Below are positions 19,550-29,179 of a DNA stretch of 58,591 bases, in pieces. Position 1 is the stretch's first letter; the number at the start of each line of letters is the position of its first letter. The stretch lies in the NCBI GenBank assembly GCA_947586625.1, contig CANPXS010000003.1, positions 1 to 58,591 on the forward strand, read 5' to 3'. This DNA comes from an uncultured Clostridia bacterium (GTDB taxonomy: Bacteria > Bacillota > Clostridia > Oscillospirales > CAG-272). The notes under the pieces are model-generated. The model was not told the DNA's origin, did no database searches, and was given only the letters and a program-made list of their open reading frames with translations. The position numbers and the translations under genes are program-made.

Positions 19550-22324
19550 ATGACGAACAATAAATTCACGACTGCTCTCGGACGCGCGCGTGACAGATTC
19601 GTCTCGTATATCGAGGGCGCATACGGGAACGTACATCTCGGCGACGAGCTTATAACGGCGCTCAGCATCGTCGGGCGCGTCATATACACAGTCCTTGCCG
19701 TTATCCTCGACATAATAATAACTGTACTTCTTATCTGCGGCATAACGGGCATAATCGTCGTCACCGCGTTCGCTATCTATGTAAAAAACTACATCGACCC
19801 GGTGTTTGACGACAACCTCATAGTCGTTCAGTCTGACACGACGTCGCAGCTTTACTACATGGACTATGAGGACCGCGAAAACAGGATAGGCGAGCCTGTC
19901 GAGATAGAAGATCAGGTGCTCGTCGGCTCTGAGTACAGCATATGGGCGGACTACAGCCAGTTCCCGCAGGACCTCGTCGACGCCGTTGTCGCGATAGAGG
20001 ACCAGCGCTTCTGGAGCCATCCGGGCGTCGACTGGTTCCGCACGGCGGCAGCCGCGGCGAATCAGGTGCTGCACATCAAGGCGACGTTCGGCGGCTCGAC
20101 GATAACGCAGCAGGTCGTCAAAAACGCGACGGGCGACGACGACTTTACGATACAGCGAAAGGTGCAGGAGGTACTGCGCGCGCTCAATCTCGAAAGCAGG
20201 CACAGCAAATACGAGATCATCACGATGTATCTGAACATGATACCGCTGTCGCAGAACTGCACGGGTGTGCAGAGCGCAGCGCACACGTATTTCAGCAAGG
20301 ATGTCAGCGAGCTGTCGCTCATAGAGTGCGCGGCGCTCGCGGCAATACCGAAGTCGCCGTACAAGTATGACCCGCTCCGCCACCCCGAATATAATGCGGA
20401 ACGTCGGCGCGACGTGCTCGACAAGATGCTCGAGCTCGGCTCCATAACGCGCGCGGAATACGACGAGGCTTACTATGCCGACCTCGATCTCAATATATCG
20501 CGTTCGTCGGGTATGACGAGCGTCACGTCGTGGTATACGGACGCCGTCATCGAGGACGTTATAAACGACTACGTGGAGCAGTACGGCGTGTCGCGCGAGC
20601 TCGCGAGCATACTGATATATACGTCGGGGTGGAACATCTACACCGTCATGGACCCGGCGCTCCAGGAAACGCTCGAGAATATATATCTCGACGACTCGTA
20701 TTTCCCCGAGGATGAGACGGGACTTAAACCGCAGTCGGCGGCGATGATAATCGACCCTAAGACGGGCGACATACTCGCCCTCGTCGGCGGCAGGGGAGAG
20801 AAGACGCAGAGCCGCGGACTGAATCGCGCGACGCAGTCGCTGCGTCCGAGCGGCTCCTCGATAAAGCCGCTGTCCGTGTACGGCCCCGCGATCGACAAAG
20901 GTATCATCAACTGGGCGACGGTGCAGGACGACGTGCCTATCGACTTTACGCTTCGCGACGACGGCACGTACCGCACGTACCCGATAAACTCGACGAATAA
21001 ATACGAGGGGCTCACGACCGTATACGACGCGTTGCGCAAGTCGACGAACACGATATCGATGCGAACGCTCGGTCTTTTGGGCATCGACGAGTCGTTTTCG
21101 TTCCTGCACGATAAAGTGCATATGGAGTCGGTGCTCGACAGCTACGAGACGGCGGCGGGCAATATTCTGACGGACAGGGACAGAGCGCCGCTTGCGCTCG
21201 GTCAGTTCACGCTCGGCATCACGGTGCGCGAGATAACGACGGCGTATCAGATATTCGCAAATAAGGGCGTATACAATTATTCGCGCACGTACCTTAACGT
21301 GACCGACCAGGAGGGCAACGTCATATTGACGACGGAGAAGCCGAGCGAGGTCGTCATAAGCGAGCAGACGGCGTCGATAATGACGAAGCTGATGGAGGCC
21401 GTCATCGACTCAGGTACGGGACGAAAGATAACGATAAAGGATTCGCTCGACGTCGCGGGAAAGACAGGTACGACGAACGCGGACTATGACCGCTGGTTCA
21501 TCGGTTATTCGCCGTATTATCTGTGCGGCGTATGGTTCGGCTACGACCTCAACCAGACGCTTTCGCAGTTCTCGGTAAACCCCGCCATGACGATATGGGA
21601 CAGCGTCATGACGGAGATACACAGCGACTTAATATCGGCGGACGCTGCCGGAATCACACCGCTCAAGGAGTTCGAGGACGCGCCTGGACTTGTAAAGGTC
21701 ACGTACTGCATGGATTCGGGCAAGCTGATGACCGACGCGTGCGAGCACGACCCGCGCGGAAGCCGCGCGCAGACGGGATATTTCACCGCCGATACGGCGC
21801 CGACGGAGCCGTGCGACACGCATGTGCTCGTCAACTACGACAAGACGACGAAAGCGGTCGCAAGTCAGTACTGCAAGGGTGAAAATATAGTGCAGTACGG
21901 GCTCATACGCGTCGAGAACAGGGTGTTCCCGACGAACGTAAAGGTGACGGACGCGCAGTATACGTGGCGCGCGCTGCCGTCGAACGTCAAGCCTGCGGGA
22001 AGCGGAGGCGTGCCGTTCTACAATAACATGCTGCCCGAAGGCATGTACAGCGGCACATCGGGAAAGAGCACGCCGTTCAACAGATTTTGCTTCGAGCATT
22101 ACGATTTTTCACATTCGTCCGGCATAGACACGTCGTATTTCGGCGCGGGCGAGACGCAGCCGCCGGAGACTGCGCCGCCGACGGTACCGCCCGAGACTGC
22201 GCCGCCTACGGTACCGGTCGAGACTTCGCCGCCGACGCAGCCCGATACGTCGCCGCAGGTGGTCGGACCGCCTGTCGGCGAAGACGCGCCGCCTGACGAC
22301 GGCGATGCTGCCGGAGGCGGTTAA
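19550..22324 (+). CDS. Class A penicillin-binding protein (PBP1A-like)
   Basis: AIEDQRFWSH.G, GGSTITQQVVKN, RKVQE, S..K (SSIK), S.N (STN), KTGT; Pro-rich tail. Confidence 0.95.
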   Translation: MTNNKFTTALGRARDRFVSYIEGAYGNVHLGDELITALSIVGRVIYTVLAVILDIIITVLLICGITGIIVVTAFAIYVKNYIDPVFDDNLIVVQSDTTSQLYYMDYEDRENRIGEPVEIEDQVLVGSEYSIWADYSQFPQDLVDAVVAIEDQRFWSHPGVDWFRTAAAAANQVLHIKATFGGSTITQQVVKNATGDDDFTIQRKVQEVLRALNLESRHSKYEIITMYLNMIPLSQNCTGVQSAAHTYFSKDVSELSLIECAALAAIPKSPYKYDPLRHPEYNAERRRDVLDKMLELGSITRAEYDEAYYADLDLNISRSSGMTSVTSWYTDAVIEDVINDYVEQYGVSRELASILIYTSGWNIYTVMDPALQETLENIYLDDSYFPEDETGLKPQSAAMIIDPKTGDILALVGGRGEKTQSRGLNRATQSLRPSGSSIKPLSVYGPAIDKGIINWATVQDDVPIDFTLRDDGTYRTYPINSTNKYEGLTTVYDALRKSTNTISMRTLGLLGIDESFSFLHDKVHMESVLDSYETAAGNILTDRDRAPLALGQFTLGITVREITTAYQIFANKGVYNYSRTYLNVTDQEGNVILTTEKPSEVVISEQTASIMTKLMEAVIDSGTGRKITIKDSLDVAGKTGTTNADYDRWFIGYSPYYLCGVWFGYDLNQTLSQFSVNPAMTIWDSVMTEIHSDLISADAAGITPLKEFEDAPGLVKVTYCMDSGKLMTDACEHDPRGSRAQTGYFTADTAPTEPCDTHVLVNYDKTTKAVASQYCKGENIVQYGLIRVENRVFPTNVKVTDAQYTWRALPSNVKPAGSGGVPFYNNMLPEGMYSGTSGKSTPFNRFCFEHYDFSHSSGIDTSYFGAGETQPPETAPPTVPPETAPPTVPVETSPPTQPDTSPQVVGPPVGEDAPPDDGDAAGGG
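22160..22256 (+). repeat. 27-nt coding tandem repeat (PPETAPPTV)
   Basis: gagactgcgccgccgacggtaccg repeated with variation about 3 times. Confidence 0.85.
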
Positions 22325-22376
22325 GTGTGAGTTTTAGAATTATTGTGCAACAGATATGAAAAAAGCGAAAAAACTG

Positions 22377-22405
22377 TTGACACGGCTGTGATTTTGTACT
22401 ATACT
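22377..22405 (+). promoter_or_regulatory. sigmaA promoter
   Basis: TTGACA-17-TATACT. Confidence 0.8.
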
Positions 22406-22451
22406 AAAAATAACGAAATCTTCAATTTTATTTCGGAGGGGTTATAAAACC

Positions 22452-23003
22452 ATGAAAAAGAGAACGATCAAACTGATCCTGTTTGCGCTTGTCGCAGTTA
22501 TGATGATCCCCATGATGGCAGGCTGCGGCGGAGAAAAAATGACCGTTACAGTCGGTGCAAGACTCGGTCAGGACTATATCGACTACATGCTTGACGTTGA
22601 GCATGCCGACGACGAGAGCTATACGATCCCCGCCAACGACCGCGTACTCTTGAACGACGTTGAGATCGAGATAGAGTACAACGAGGGCGAGCAGATCAGC
22701 GCTCTGCGCGCTATTCAGGAGGCGTGTGCTAACCACGGTCTAGACTGCCTTACGAACGAGGAAGAGACCTCGATGGAAACTCTTAAGACGTACAGCGGCT
22801 TCACGAGAAGCGTCAACGGCGAAGTCCTCGTGTTCTTCTGGACCTACACGATCAACGGCGTTGAGCCGACGGGCGGCCGTATGTCCACGAACTACGTCAA
22901 GGACGGCGACAAGGTCGAATTCATTCTGACAGCGGCAAGCTCCGAGGATAATGTCGATATCCAGGGCGAACTTGCAGAAGATCAGGCAACCGAAGAACAG
23001 TAA
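22452..23003 (+). CDS. Lipoprotein, DUF4430/transcobalamin-like C-terminal domain
   Basis: Lipobox MAGC; FW.YTING.EP..G....YVKDGDKVEF. Confidence 0.75.
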   Translation: MKKRTIKLILFALVAVMMIPMMAGCGGEKMTVTVGARLGQDYIDYMLDVEHADDESYTIPANDRVLLNDVEIEIEYNEGEQISALRAIQEACANHGLDCLTNEEETSMETLKTYSGFTRSVNGEVLVFFWTYTINGVEPTGGRMSTNYVKDGDKVEFILTAASSEDNVDIQGELAEDQATEEQ

Positions 23004-23019
23004 TTTAATATTGTACCGG

Positions 23020-23050
23020 TCGGGGACGGCAAAGCCGTCCCCGATTTTTT
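23020..23050 (+). terminator. Rho-independent terminator
   Basis: tcggggacggc-aaa-gccgtccccga followed by T6. Confidence 0.9.
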
Positions 23051-23051
23051 G

Positions 23052-23081
23052 TTGACAAAATATGCGGCGCCGTGATATACT
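23052..23081 (+). promoter_or_regulatory. sigmaA promoter, probably giving a leaderless mRNA
   Basis: TTGACA-18-TATACT with TG; ATG follows after 6 nt, no SD. Confidence 0.65.
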
Positions 23082-23087
23082 CAACTC

Positions 23088-23969
23088 ATGAAATACGCGA
23101 AAATTATACCTATACTGACGGTCGCCGCCGTGTTCGCGGCTGTCGCGATAATAATGTCATCGGTGATGTCGGATCACGGCGAGCGCATGGAGACAGCCGG
23201 GAGCGGCGCGGACGCCGTTCCCGATACAGAGAGCGATGCGATGCCCGATGTGTCGTCGAGCGACGGTGTGATAACGGAGGCGAGCGCGTCGGACACATCA
23301 GGCGCATATGTGACTGCGGCGGAGTCGAGCGATGTGACGACGATACCCGAAACGGAGCCGGCGCCAGTGCAGACGATACCTGTCGGCATATACAAAAAGG
23401 ACGGCAAAACGTGCCGCCTTTTGACGGAGTATAAAAGCATTTGGCCGGAGTCGGACGGAGACAAGCTGTGGAAACTTGACACATGGACGTACAAGGACCG
23501 TGAAAACCTCATATGCGACATTGACTATTTCGCTGTGTTCACGTCGGACGAGGAAAAGATAGATTTCTCATACTGGGACAAGACGTGGGTCGACAGATGG
23601 GAGTCGTGCGGACTTGACGATACGTATAAGATCGGATTCGAGCTTGAAATAGTAAAAAAGTCCGGCGGACCGTCGGAGAGGATTACGGTGCTGTCGCCGT
23701 CCGACACGTTCAAAGCGGAGAAGTATTTTGAGCTTTACCTATACGACTGCGTCGCACACGCGCACGATTCTTGGTACAGTCATATCACGGAAAAGACCAA
23801 CTACGACGACACGAAGAACGTGATGATAAAGATAACGCTGCGCGACGGATGCTACGACGTGGAGAGCATAATTTTGACAGCATTTGTGTACAGCGGCGCG
23901 GACGAGTTCGACGCTGACGGTTTTTACGTCGGCGCGAACAAATACACCATAACGGTTTCGAGAGAATAA
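23088..23969 (+). CDS. Hypothetical membrane-anchored exported protein
   Basis: N-terminal TM, Ser/Thr/Asp linker, globular C-domain (YLYD..AH..DSWYSH). Confidence 0.8.
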   Translation: MKYAKIIPILTVAAVFAAVAIIMSSVMSDHGERMETAGSGADAVPDTESDAMPDVSSSDGVITEASASDTSGAYVTAAESSDVTTIPETEPAPVQTIPVGIYKKDGKTCRLLTEYKSIWPESDGDKLWKLDTWTYKDRENLICDIDYFAVFTSDEEKIDFSYWDKTWVDRWESCGLDDTYKIGFELEIVKKSGGPSERITVLSPSDTFKAEKYFELYLYDCVAHAHDSWYSHITEKTNYDDTKNVMIKITLRDGCYDVESIILTAFVYSGADEFDADGFYVGANKYTITVSRE

Positions 23970-24073
23970 GATATTGTACTTGCAAATGCGCTGATAATGT
24001 GGTAGAATATGAGCGGACGCGTGAGTCTTTGATTTGGACAAAGAGAAAGGCGGCGCAAAACGCCGATTCTGAT

Positions 24074-24562
24074 ATGGCTAAAACGACTAAAACGAACGCG
24101 CAGCGGATGCTGGACTCTGCCGGAATTGCATATGAGACTGTCGAATACGAGGTCGACGAGGACGATCTTTCGGGCGTACATGCCGCCGAGGTGAGCGGCA
24201 TCGACCCCGATATGATGTTCAAGACGCTCGTCGGCAAAAACGAACGCGGCGAGTATCTCGTGTTCTGCATACCCGTGGCGGAGGAGCTCGACCTAAAAAA
24301 GTGCGCGCACGCCGCAGGCTGCAAGAGTGTGGCGCTCATACATGTGAAGGAACTTTTGCCCGTGACGGGATACATACGCGGCGGGTGCTCGCCGGTCGGG
24401 ATGAAGAAAAAATTTCCGACGTACGTCGACGAGACGGCGGAGCTGTTCGATGAAATATACGTCAGCGCAGGTATGCGGGGACATCAAATGAGAGTGCCGA
24501 CGGAGGAGCTTCTGCGGTATCTCGGCGCCGGAGTATCCGATCTTACGGCGCGCCGTGCGTGA
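24074..24562 (+). CDS. ybaK: Cys-tRNA(Pro) deacylase
   Basis: KTNA.R.LD, FKTLV, LDLKK.A, TGYIRGGCSPVGMKK, VSAG.RG. Confidence 0.93.
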   Translation: MAKTTKTNAQRMLDSAGIAYETVEYEVDEDDLSGVHAAEVSGIDPDMMFKTLVGKNERGEYLVFCIPVAEELDLKKCAHAAGCKSVALIHVKELLPVTGYIRGGCSPVGMKKKFPTYVDETAELFDEIYVSAGMRGHQMRVPTEELLRYLGAGVSDLTARRA

Positions 24563-24619
24563 CAAGTTTGTATAAATAAAATCTAAGTACAACAATTATC
24601 TTTAATTCGTGCAAAAGGA

Positions 24620-25780
24620 GTGGACATGCTGAATATTGCAGTTATCGGCACGGGCAACATCGCGCCCGCGCACATCGAGGGCTATCTCCGTTTCCCGGAG
24701 CGCTGCCGAATCGTCGCGCTTTGCGACATCTATCCCGAAAAGGCGGAGGCTAAGAAAGCGCATTTCGGACTTGACGGCGCCAAAATATTCGATTCTCACG
24801 AGAAAATGCTCGCGGAGTGTCCCGAGATCGACCTCGTGAGCGTTTGCACACCGCCGTTCACGCATGCGGAGCTTGCGATAAACTGCCTGCGCGCGGGTAA
24901 GAACGTCGTTGTTGAAAAGCCGATGGCGGCATCGCTCGAGGAATGCGACCGTATGCTTGAGGCTGAGCGCGAGAGCGGCAAGATGCTCGCTGTCATCGCG
25001 CAAAACAGATTCACCGACCCGTATTGGCGGCTCAAAAAGGTGCTCGATTCGGGACTTGTCGGACGCGTTCTCCACGCGGAGGTCGACTCGTACTGGTGGC
25101 GCGGACACTGCTACTACGATCTGTGGTGGCGCGGCGCGTGGTCGACGGAGGGCGGCGGATGCACGCTCAACCATGCGGTCCATCACATTGACATGCTCGG
25201 CTGGATGCTCGGTACGCCCGAGAAGGTGACGGCGGTGCTGTCAAATGCGGCGCACGACAACGCAGAAGTCGAGGACATTTCGATCGCGGCGATGCAGTAC
25301 GCGGGCGGGACTGTCGCGCAAGTGACGAGCTCCGTTATACATCACGGGGAGGAGCAGAAGGTCGTGATGCAGTGCGAAAAGGCGAAGGTTTCGGCGCCGT
25401 GGAGCACATATGCATCGACGTCGCGCGAAAACGGTTTCCCGATACGCAACACGGAGCTTGAGGGTGAACTGAACGCGTTCGAAGCGTCGATTCCTAAGCT
25501 GCCGTACACGGGACACACGGCGGAACTCGACGACGTTATGCGCGCGGTCGAGACGGGAGGACGTCCGTTCATCGACGGCGTAAGCGGACGCCGGACGATA
25601 GAGATCATCACGTCCATTTATAAGTCCGGCTTTGAAGCGCGCACAGTGTCGCTGCCGCTTGCGAAGGACGATCCGTTCTACACGACGGACGGCATAATGG
25701 CGAACGTGCGTCATTTCTACGAGAAAACCTCATCGGTAAAGAATTTCACCGACGGCGAGATAACCGTCGGCGGCAGATAA
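24620..25780 (+). CDS. Gfo/Idh/MocA oxidoreductase
   Basis: IAVIGTGNIA..H, CTPPFTH, VEKPMA, QNRF, WRGAW..EGGG..LNHAVHHID. Confidence 0.92.
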   Translation: MDMLNIAVIGTGNIAPAHIEGYLRFPERCRIVALCDIYPEKAEAKKAHFGLDGAKIFDSHEKMLAECPEIDLVSVCTPPFTHAELAINCLRAGKNVVVEKPMAASLEECDRMLEAERESGKMLAVIAQNRFTDPYWRLKKVLDSGLVGRVLHAEVDSYWWRGHCYYDLWWRGAWSTEGGGCTLNHAVHHIDMLGWMLGTPEKVTAVLSNAAHDNAEVEDISIAAMQYAGGTVAQVTSSVIHHGEEQKVVMQCEKAKVSAPWSTYASTSRENGFPIRNTELEGELNAFEASIPKLPYTGHTAELDDVMRAVETGGRPFIDGVSGRRTIEIITSIYKSGFEARTVSLPLAKDDPFYTTDGIMANVRHFYEKTSSVKNFTDGEITVGGR

Positions 25781-25827
25781 TTATAGATAAGCAGAAAAGA
25801 TAATAAATTTGAAAGAGGTATTCGTTT

Positions 25828-26913
25828 ATGGCTGATTTTCAGATGTCGGACGGAATGAATTACGCGCCCGAGGGAAAGCCGTCGCCCGTCGTGGGACCCG
25901 GCGAATTTGAATTTGCCGCGATAGGACTCGATCACGGCCACATCTACGGCATGTGCAACGGACTGATCGAGGCCGGCGCGACGCTCAAGTATGTGTATGA
26001 CCCCGATCCGGTCAAGGTCGCCGACTTCTGCCGCCGCTATCCCGGCGTTAAGGCAGCGGCAAGCGAAGAGGAAATATTCTCCGACGACAAGGTAAAGCTC
26101 GTCGCGGGCGCCGCAGTCACGTCGGAAAGATGTGCGCTCGGACTGCGCGTCATAGACGCAGGGAAAGACTACTTCACCGACAAAGCGCCGTTCACGACTC
26201 TCGCGCAGCTTGCAGTCGCGAAAATGAAGGTCGCGCGGACGGGTCGCAAGTACATGGTATACTACGGCGAGCGTCTTCACAACGAGTCCGCGATATACGC
26301 GGGGCAGCTCATCAAAAAAGGCGCGATCGGACGCGTCGTACAGGTACTCGGACTCGGTCCGCACAGACTGAACGCGCCGTCGCGTCCCGACTGGTTCTTC
26401 AAAAAAGAGAAGTACGGCGGCATACTCTGCGACATCGGCAGCCATCAGGCGGAGCAGTTCCTCGCGTATTCGGGCGAGACGGAGGCGCACGTCGTTCATT
26501 CGCAGATCGGCAATTTCGCGCATCCGGAATATCCCGAGCTTGACGATTTCGGCGACGCCGTGATCGTCGGCGGCAGCGGTGCGACGCAGTATTTCCGCGT
26601 CGACTGGTTCACGCCGGACGGGCTTCGCACATGGGGTGACGGCAGGACGATGATACTCGGCACGGACGGTTACATCGAGCTGCGCAAGTACATAAACGTC
26701 GGCACCGACGACGGGAGCGATCAGGTGTTCCTTGTCGACAAAAAGGGCGAGCACCGCTTCTGCGCACGCGGACAGGTCGGCTTCCCGTTCTTCAGCGATC
26801 TTATCAAAGACTGCATAGACAGGACAGAAAACGCGATGACGCAGGCGCATGCGTTCCTCGCGGCGGAGCTCGCGCTCACCGCGCAGGCGAACGCCGAGGT
26901 CATAGGGAAGTGA
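25828..26913 (+). CDS. Gfo/Idh/MocA oxidoreductase
   Basis: GLDHGHIYGM, FTDKAP, GGILCDIGSHQ, VDWFTPDGL.TWGDGR. Confidence 0.92.
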   Translation: MADFQMSDGMNYAPEGKPSPVVGPGEFEFAAIGLDHGHIYGMCNGLIEAGATLKYVYDPDPVKVADFCRRYPGVKAAASEEEIFSDDKVKLVAGAAVTSERCALGLRVIDAGKDYFTDKAPFTTLAQLAVAKMKVARTGRKYMVYYGERLHNESAIYAGQLIKKGAIGRVVQVLGLGPHRLNAPSRPDWFFKKEKYGGILCDIGSHQAEQFLAYSGETEAHVVHSQIGNFAHPEYPELDDFGDAVIVGGSGATQYFRVDWFTPDGLRTWGDGRTMILGTDGYIELRKYINVGTDDGSDQVFLVDKKGEHRFCARGQVGFPFFSDLIKDCIDRTENAMTQAHAFLAAELALTAQANAEVIGK

Positions 26914-26927
26914 ATAATATAAAATTA

Positions 26928-26980
26928 TGTGGGGGAAACTTTTGAGAAAGTTTCCCCCACACCCCTTTCAAAATTTTTTA
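26928..26980 (-). repeat. REP-like hairpin with conserved foot (family copy C)
   Basis: Perfect 15 bp stem tgtgggggaaacttt/aaagtttcccccaca; minus strand reads AAAAATTTTGAAAGGGG then hairpin. Confidence 0.8.
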
Positions 26981-27040
26981 TAAGAGTTTTGTTTGGTATA
27001 ATCGTATATATGTACGGTGATTTTTTATATGTACGTTCGC

Positions 27041-27610
27041 TTATATCTTCACTAACTTTGCCAGCCGCATTGATACGGCGTATGCGATGATGACGGAGAC
27101 GACGTCCTTGATGAGAAATGGAACGGACACGACGAGCGCGGCGGCAAAAAAGCCGGTCTTTGTCAGAAGTGCAAACTGCAATGTGCCTAAAATGTGGAGC
27201 AAAATCAGTCCGACAAGTCCGAGCACAAGGCGCATGACGGCGCGCAGCTTCGTTTCGTCGGGCTTATATTTCAAGAGACCGCAGCATATGACCATCGGCA
27301 CAAAGCCGAAGATGAAGCCGCCCGTCCTGCCGACGAGCACGCCGACGCCTGCGCCGAAGCTCGAAAACACGGGCACGCCGACGGCGCCAATCACTATATA
27401 TGCGAGCGCGGCGGACGCGGAGCGCCACGAGCCGAGCATATAGCCGCACAGCGCGACGGCGGCGGTCTGGAGCGTTATCGGCACGCCGGACGGCAGAGGT
27501 ATCGCCACCTGCGAGCATACGGCGAGAATGGCGGTGAACAGCCCCACCATTGCGACGCTGCGCACGCGAGCGTGACTTTTTGACATCGCAGTATTATCTT
27601 TTATCGGCAT
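27041..27610 (-). CDS. bioY: Biotin transporter BioY
   Basis: PLPSGVPITLQT, GAVGVPVFS, G.TGGFIFGF, PFLIKD. Confidence 0.93.
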   Translation of the reverse strand: MPIKDNTAMSKSHARVRSVAMVGLFTAILAVCSQVAIPLPSGVPITLQTAAVALCGYMLGSWRSASAALAYIVIGAVGVPVFSSFGAGVGVLVGRTGGFIFGFVPMVICCGLLKYKPDETKLRAVMRLVLGLVGLILLHILGTLQFALLTKTGFFAAALVVSVPFLIKDVVSVIIAYAVSMRLAKLVKI

Positions 27611-27643
27611 AATGCACCTCGCAAAAATGGTTTATTTTGGGTT

Positions 27644-27672
27644 ATTATATCATTTCACGCATGCGCGGTCAA
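27644..27672 (-). promoter_or_regulatory. sigmaA promoter of bioY
   Basis: TTGACC-17-TATAAT on minus strand. Confidence 0.7.
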
Positions 27673-27757
27673 TATAATAACTGACGAAATACGATGTTTG
27701 ATGCTTAATTTGCTGCATTTTGCATAAAAAAAGTAAAAGATGTCGAGGCGACGTTTT

Positions 27758-28276
27758 TCACTGCGGAGTCGGTGTGGGGGCGGACGATCTGTCGTAGATC
27801 ATTCGCAGTTCCGTATTCGGTGTGCCAAGCATGATTTCCGCCTCTGTCCCGTCAAAGTGAAAACCGTACCGCTTATAGAAACTGATCGCACGCTCGTTTC
27901 CTTTCAACACCCACACTGCAACTTTATTATAATCCGAAAGCTCGTTGAGTGCAGCGTTCATCAGTTCATATCCGATCTTTTGACCGTGATACTCCGAAAG
28001 GACGTAAAGTGCAAAGACTTCTCCGTGTGCGGGGAGCGTTTCGTCGCGATACGGACCGTATCCGACAAAACCGATGACTGTTTCTCTGTCTTTTGCCACA
28101 AGAATGTTGTCCTGCCATTTGTGCGCGATCGCGGTACATTTTTCGAGCGTATGACGCTCGAGATAATTCGCGTCGATCAGGCCCGTATATGTTTCGTGCC
28201 AGGATTTGTAATGGACGTATCCCTTGCCGTTTATTTCGTCTTCGCTCTCCATAGGTTTGATGATATAATTGTCCAT
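27758..28276 (-). CDS. GNAT family N-acetyltransferase
   Basis: VHYKSWHETYTGLI, LYVLSEYHGQKIG..LM, WVLKGNERAISFYKRYGF. Confidence 0.92.
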   Translation of the reverse strand: MDNYIIKPMESEDEINGKGYVHYKSWHETYTGLIDANYLERHTLEKCTAIAHKWQDNILVAKDRETVIGFVGYGPYRDETLPAHGEVFALYVLSEYHGQKIGYELMNAALNELSDYNKVAVWVLKGNERAISFYKRYGFHFDGTEAEIMLGTPNTELRMIYDRSSAPTPTPQ

Positions 28277-28361
28277 CTTCGCTTTCTACTTAATATTTCG
28301 ATTTTTCTTTCAAACTTGTCGAACAGATAAAGACGCGTAGCATCGAATCAAGGAAACTTGT

Positions 28362-29000
28362 TTATTCCTCTGCGTCAAGAACAACAATGAAACCATGTTC
28401 ATTTGATGGCAAAATATTGTATTTGATTCCATCCGTCAGTTTTTTGATTTCAAAAGCAGAATACGGATGAAACACCATCCCGTCCCATTTACCGCGATTG
28501 AAGAAATAGTCTCCGTCTTTATTTATTTCATGCGGTTCTGATTCGTATTCGCTGTCTGTTGCATCCAAAGTCAACAGTACGCAGCCGCCCGGTCTAACGA
28601 TACGCAATAGTTCCCTAACAGCATAGACGCCTTGCTTGATCGGCATATGGTCAATTACATCTCTTGCAACAACAGCATCAAAGCATTTTGACGGATATCC
28701 CGTTGACAGAATGTTTGCCTGCTTGAAATCCTTTGCCGGATATCCGTTCTCTGTGATTAGTTTTTTAGTCAGCAGGACGGCATCTTCCGCGATATCAAAG
28801 CCGCAGACAGCAAAACCGAATCGTGCGAGCTTAAGCGAATAGATCCCGCATCCGCATCCGGCATCACAGATATATTTTGCTTTTTTCTTTCGTAGGAAAG
28901 CAATGACAGCGTCCTCGGTCGAATCAAGACTTGCGGCATATGATGTTATACGTTCAGGAGCAATCGTTCCCCACGTTCGATTCCAAAATGTTTCACCCAT
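28362..29000 (-). CDS. Class I SAM-dependent methyltransferase (AT-richer than host)
   Basis: CDAGCGCG, GFDI, FDAVVARDVIDH, RIVRPGG. Confidence 0.88.
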   Translation of the reverse strand: MGETFWNRTWGTIAPERITSYAASLDSTEDAVIAFLRKKKAKYICDAGCGCGIYSLKLARFGFAVCGFDIAEDAVLLTKKLITENGYPAKDFKQANILSTGYPSKCFDAVVARDVIDHMPIKQGVYAVRELLRIVRPGGCVLLTLDATDSEYESEPHEINKDGDYFFNRGKWDGMVFHPYSAFEIKKLTDGIKYNILPSNEHGFIVVLDAEE

Positions 29001-29054
29001 ACCTGTATATCCGTAAATCTTTTATTTCGAACAATAGTTCGTCAAACATGAAAC

Positions 29055-29083
29055 ATTATATCACGACAATGTAAAAAAATCAA
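29055..29083 (-). promoter_or_regulatory. sigmaA promoter for methyltransferase/GNAT
   Basis: TTGATT-17-TATAAT with TG on minus strand. Confidence 0.65.
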
Positions 29084-29116
29084 CCGTGTGTGCGGGAATT
29101 TTTTACATAATAGGGG

Positions 29117-29163
29117 TTGACAAACGAACGGAGCGGTGATATAATGCCTACAATACCGATAGG
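29117..29163 (+). promoter_or_regulatory. cysK promoter with putative Rrf2 (CymR/IscR-type) operator
   Basis: TTGACA-17-TATAAT followed directly by CCTAC-N7-ATAGG dyad over the start site. Confidence 0.65.
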
Positions 29164-29179
29164 AAAAGGGAGGAAACAG

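Noticed and set aside
22150-22300. Tandem repeat at the PBP1A 3' end as a contingency locus
   Set aside because: In-frame 27-nt degenerate Pro/Thr linker repeats, common in class A PBP tails.
27611-27680. BirA operator upstream of bioY
   Set aside because: No convincing TGTAAACC-N-GGTTTACA dyad visible.
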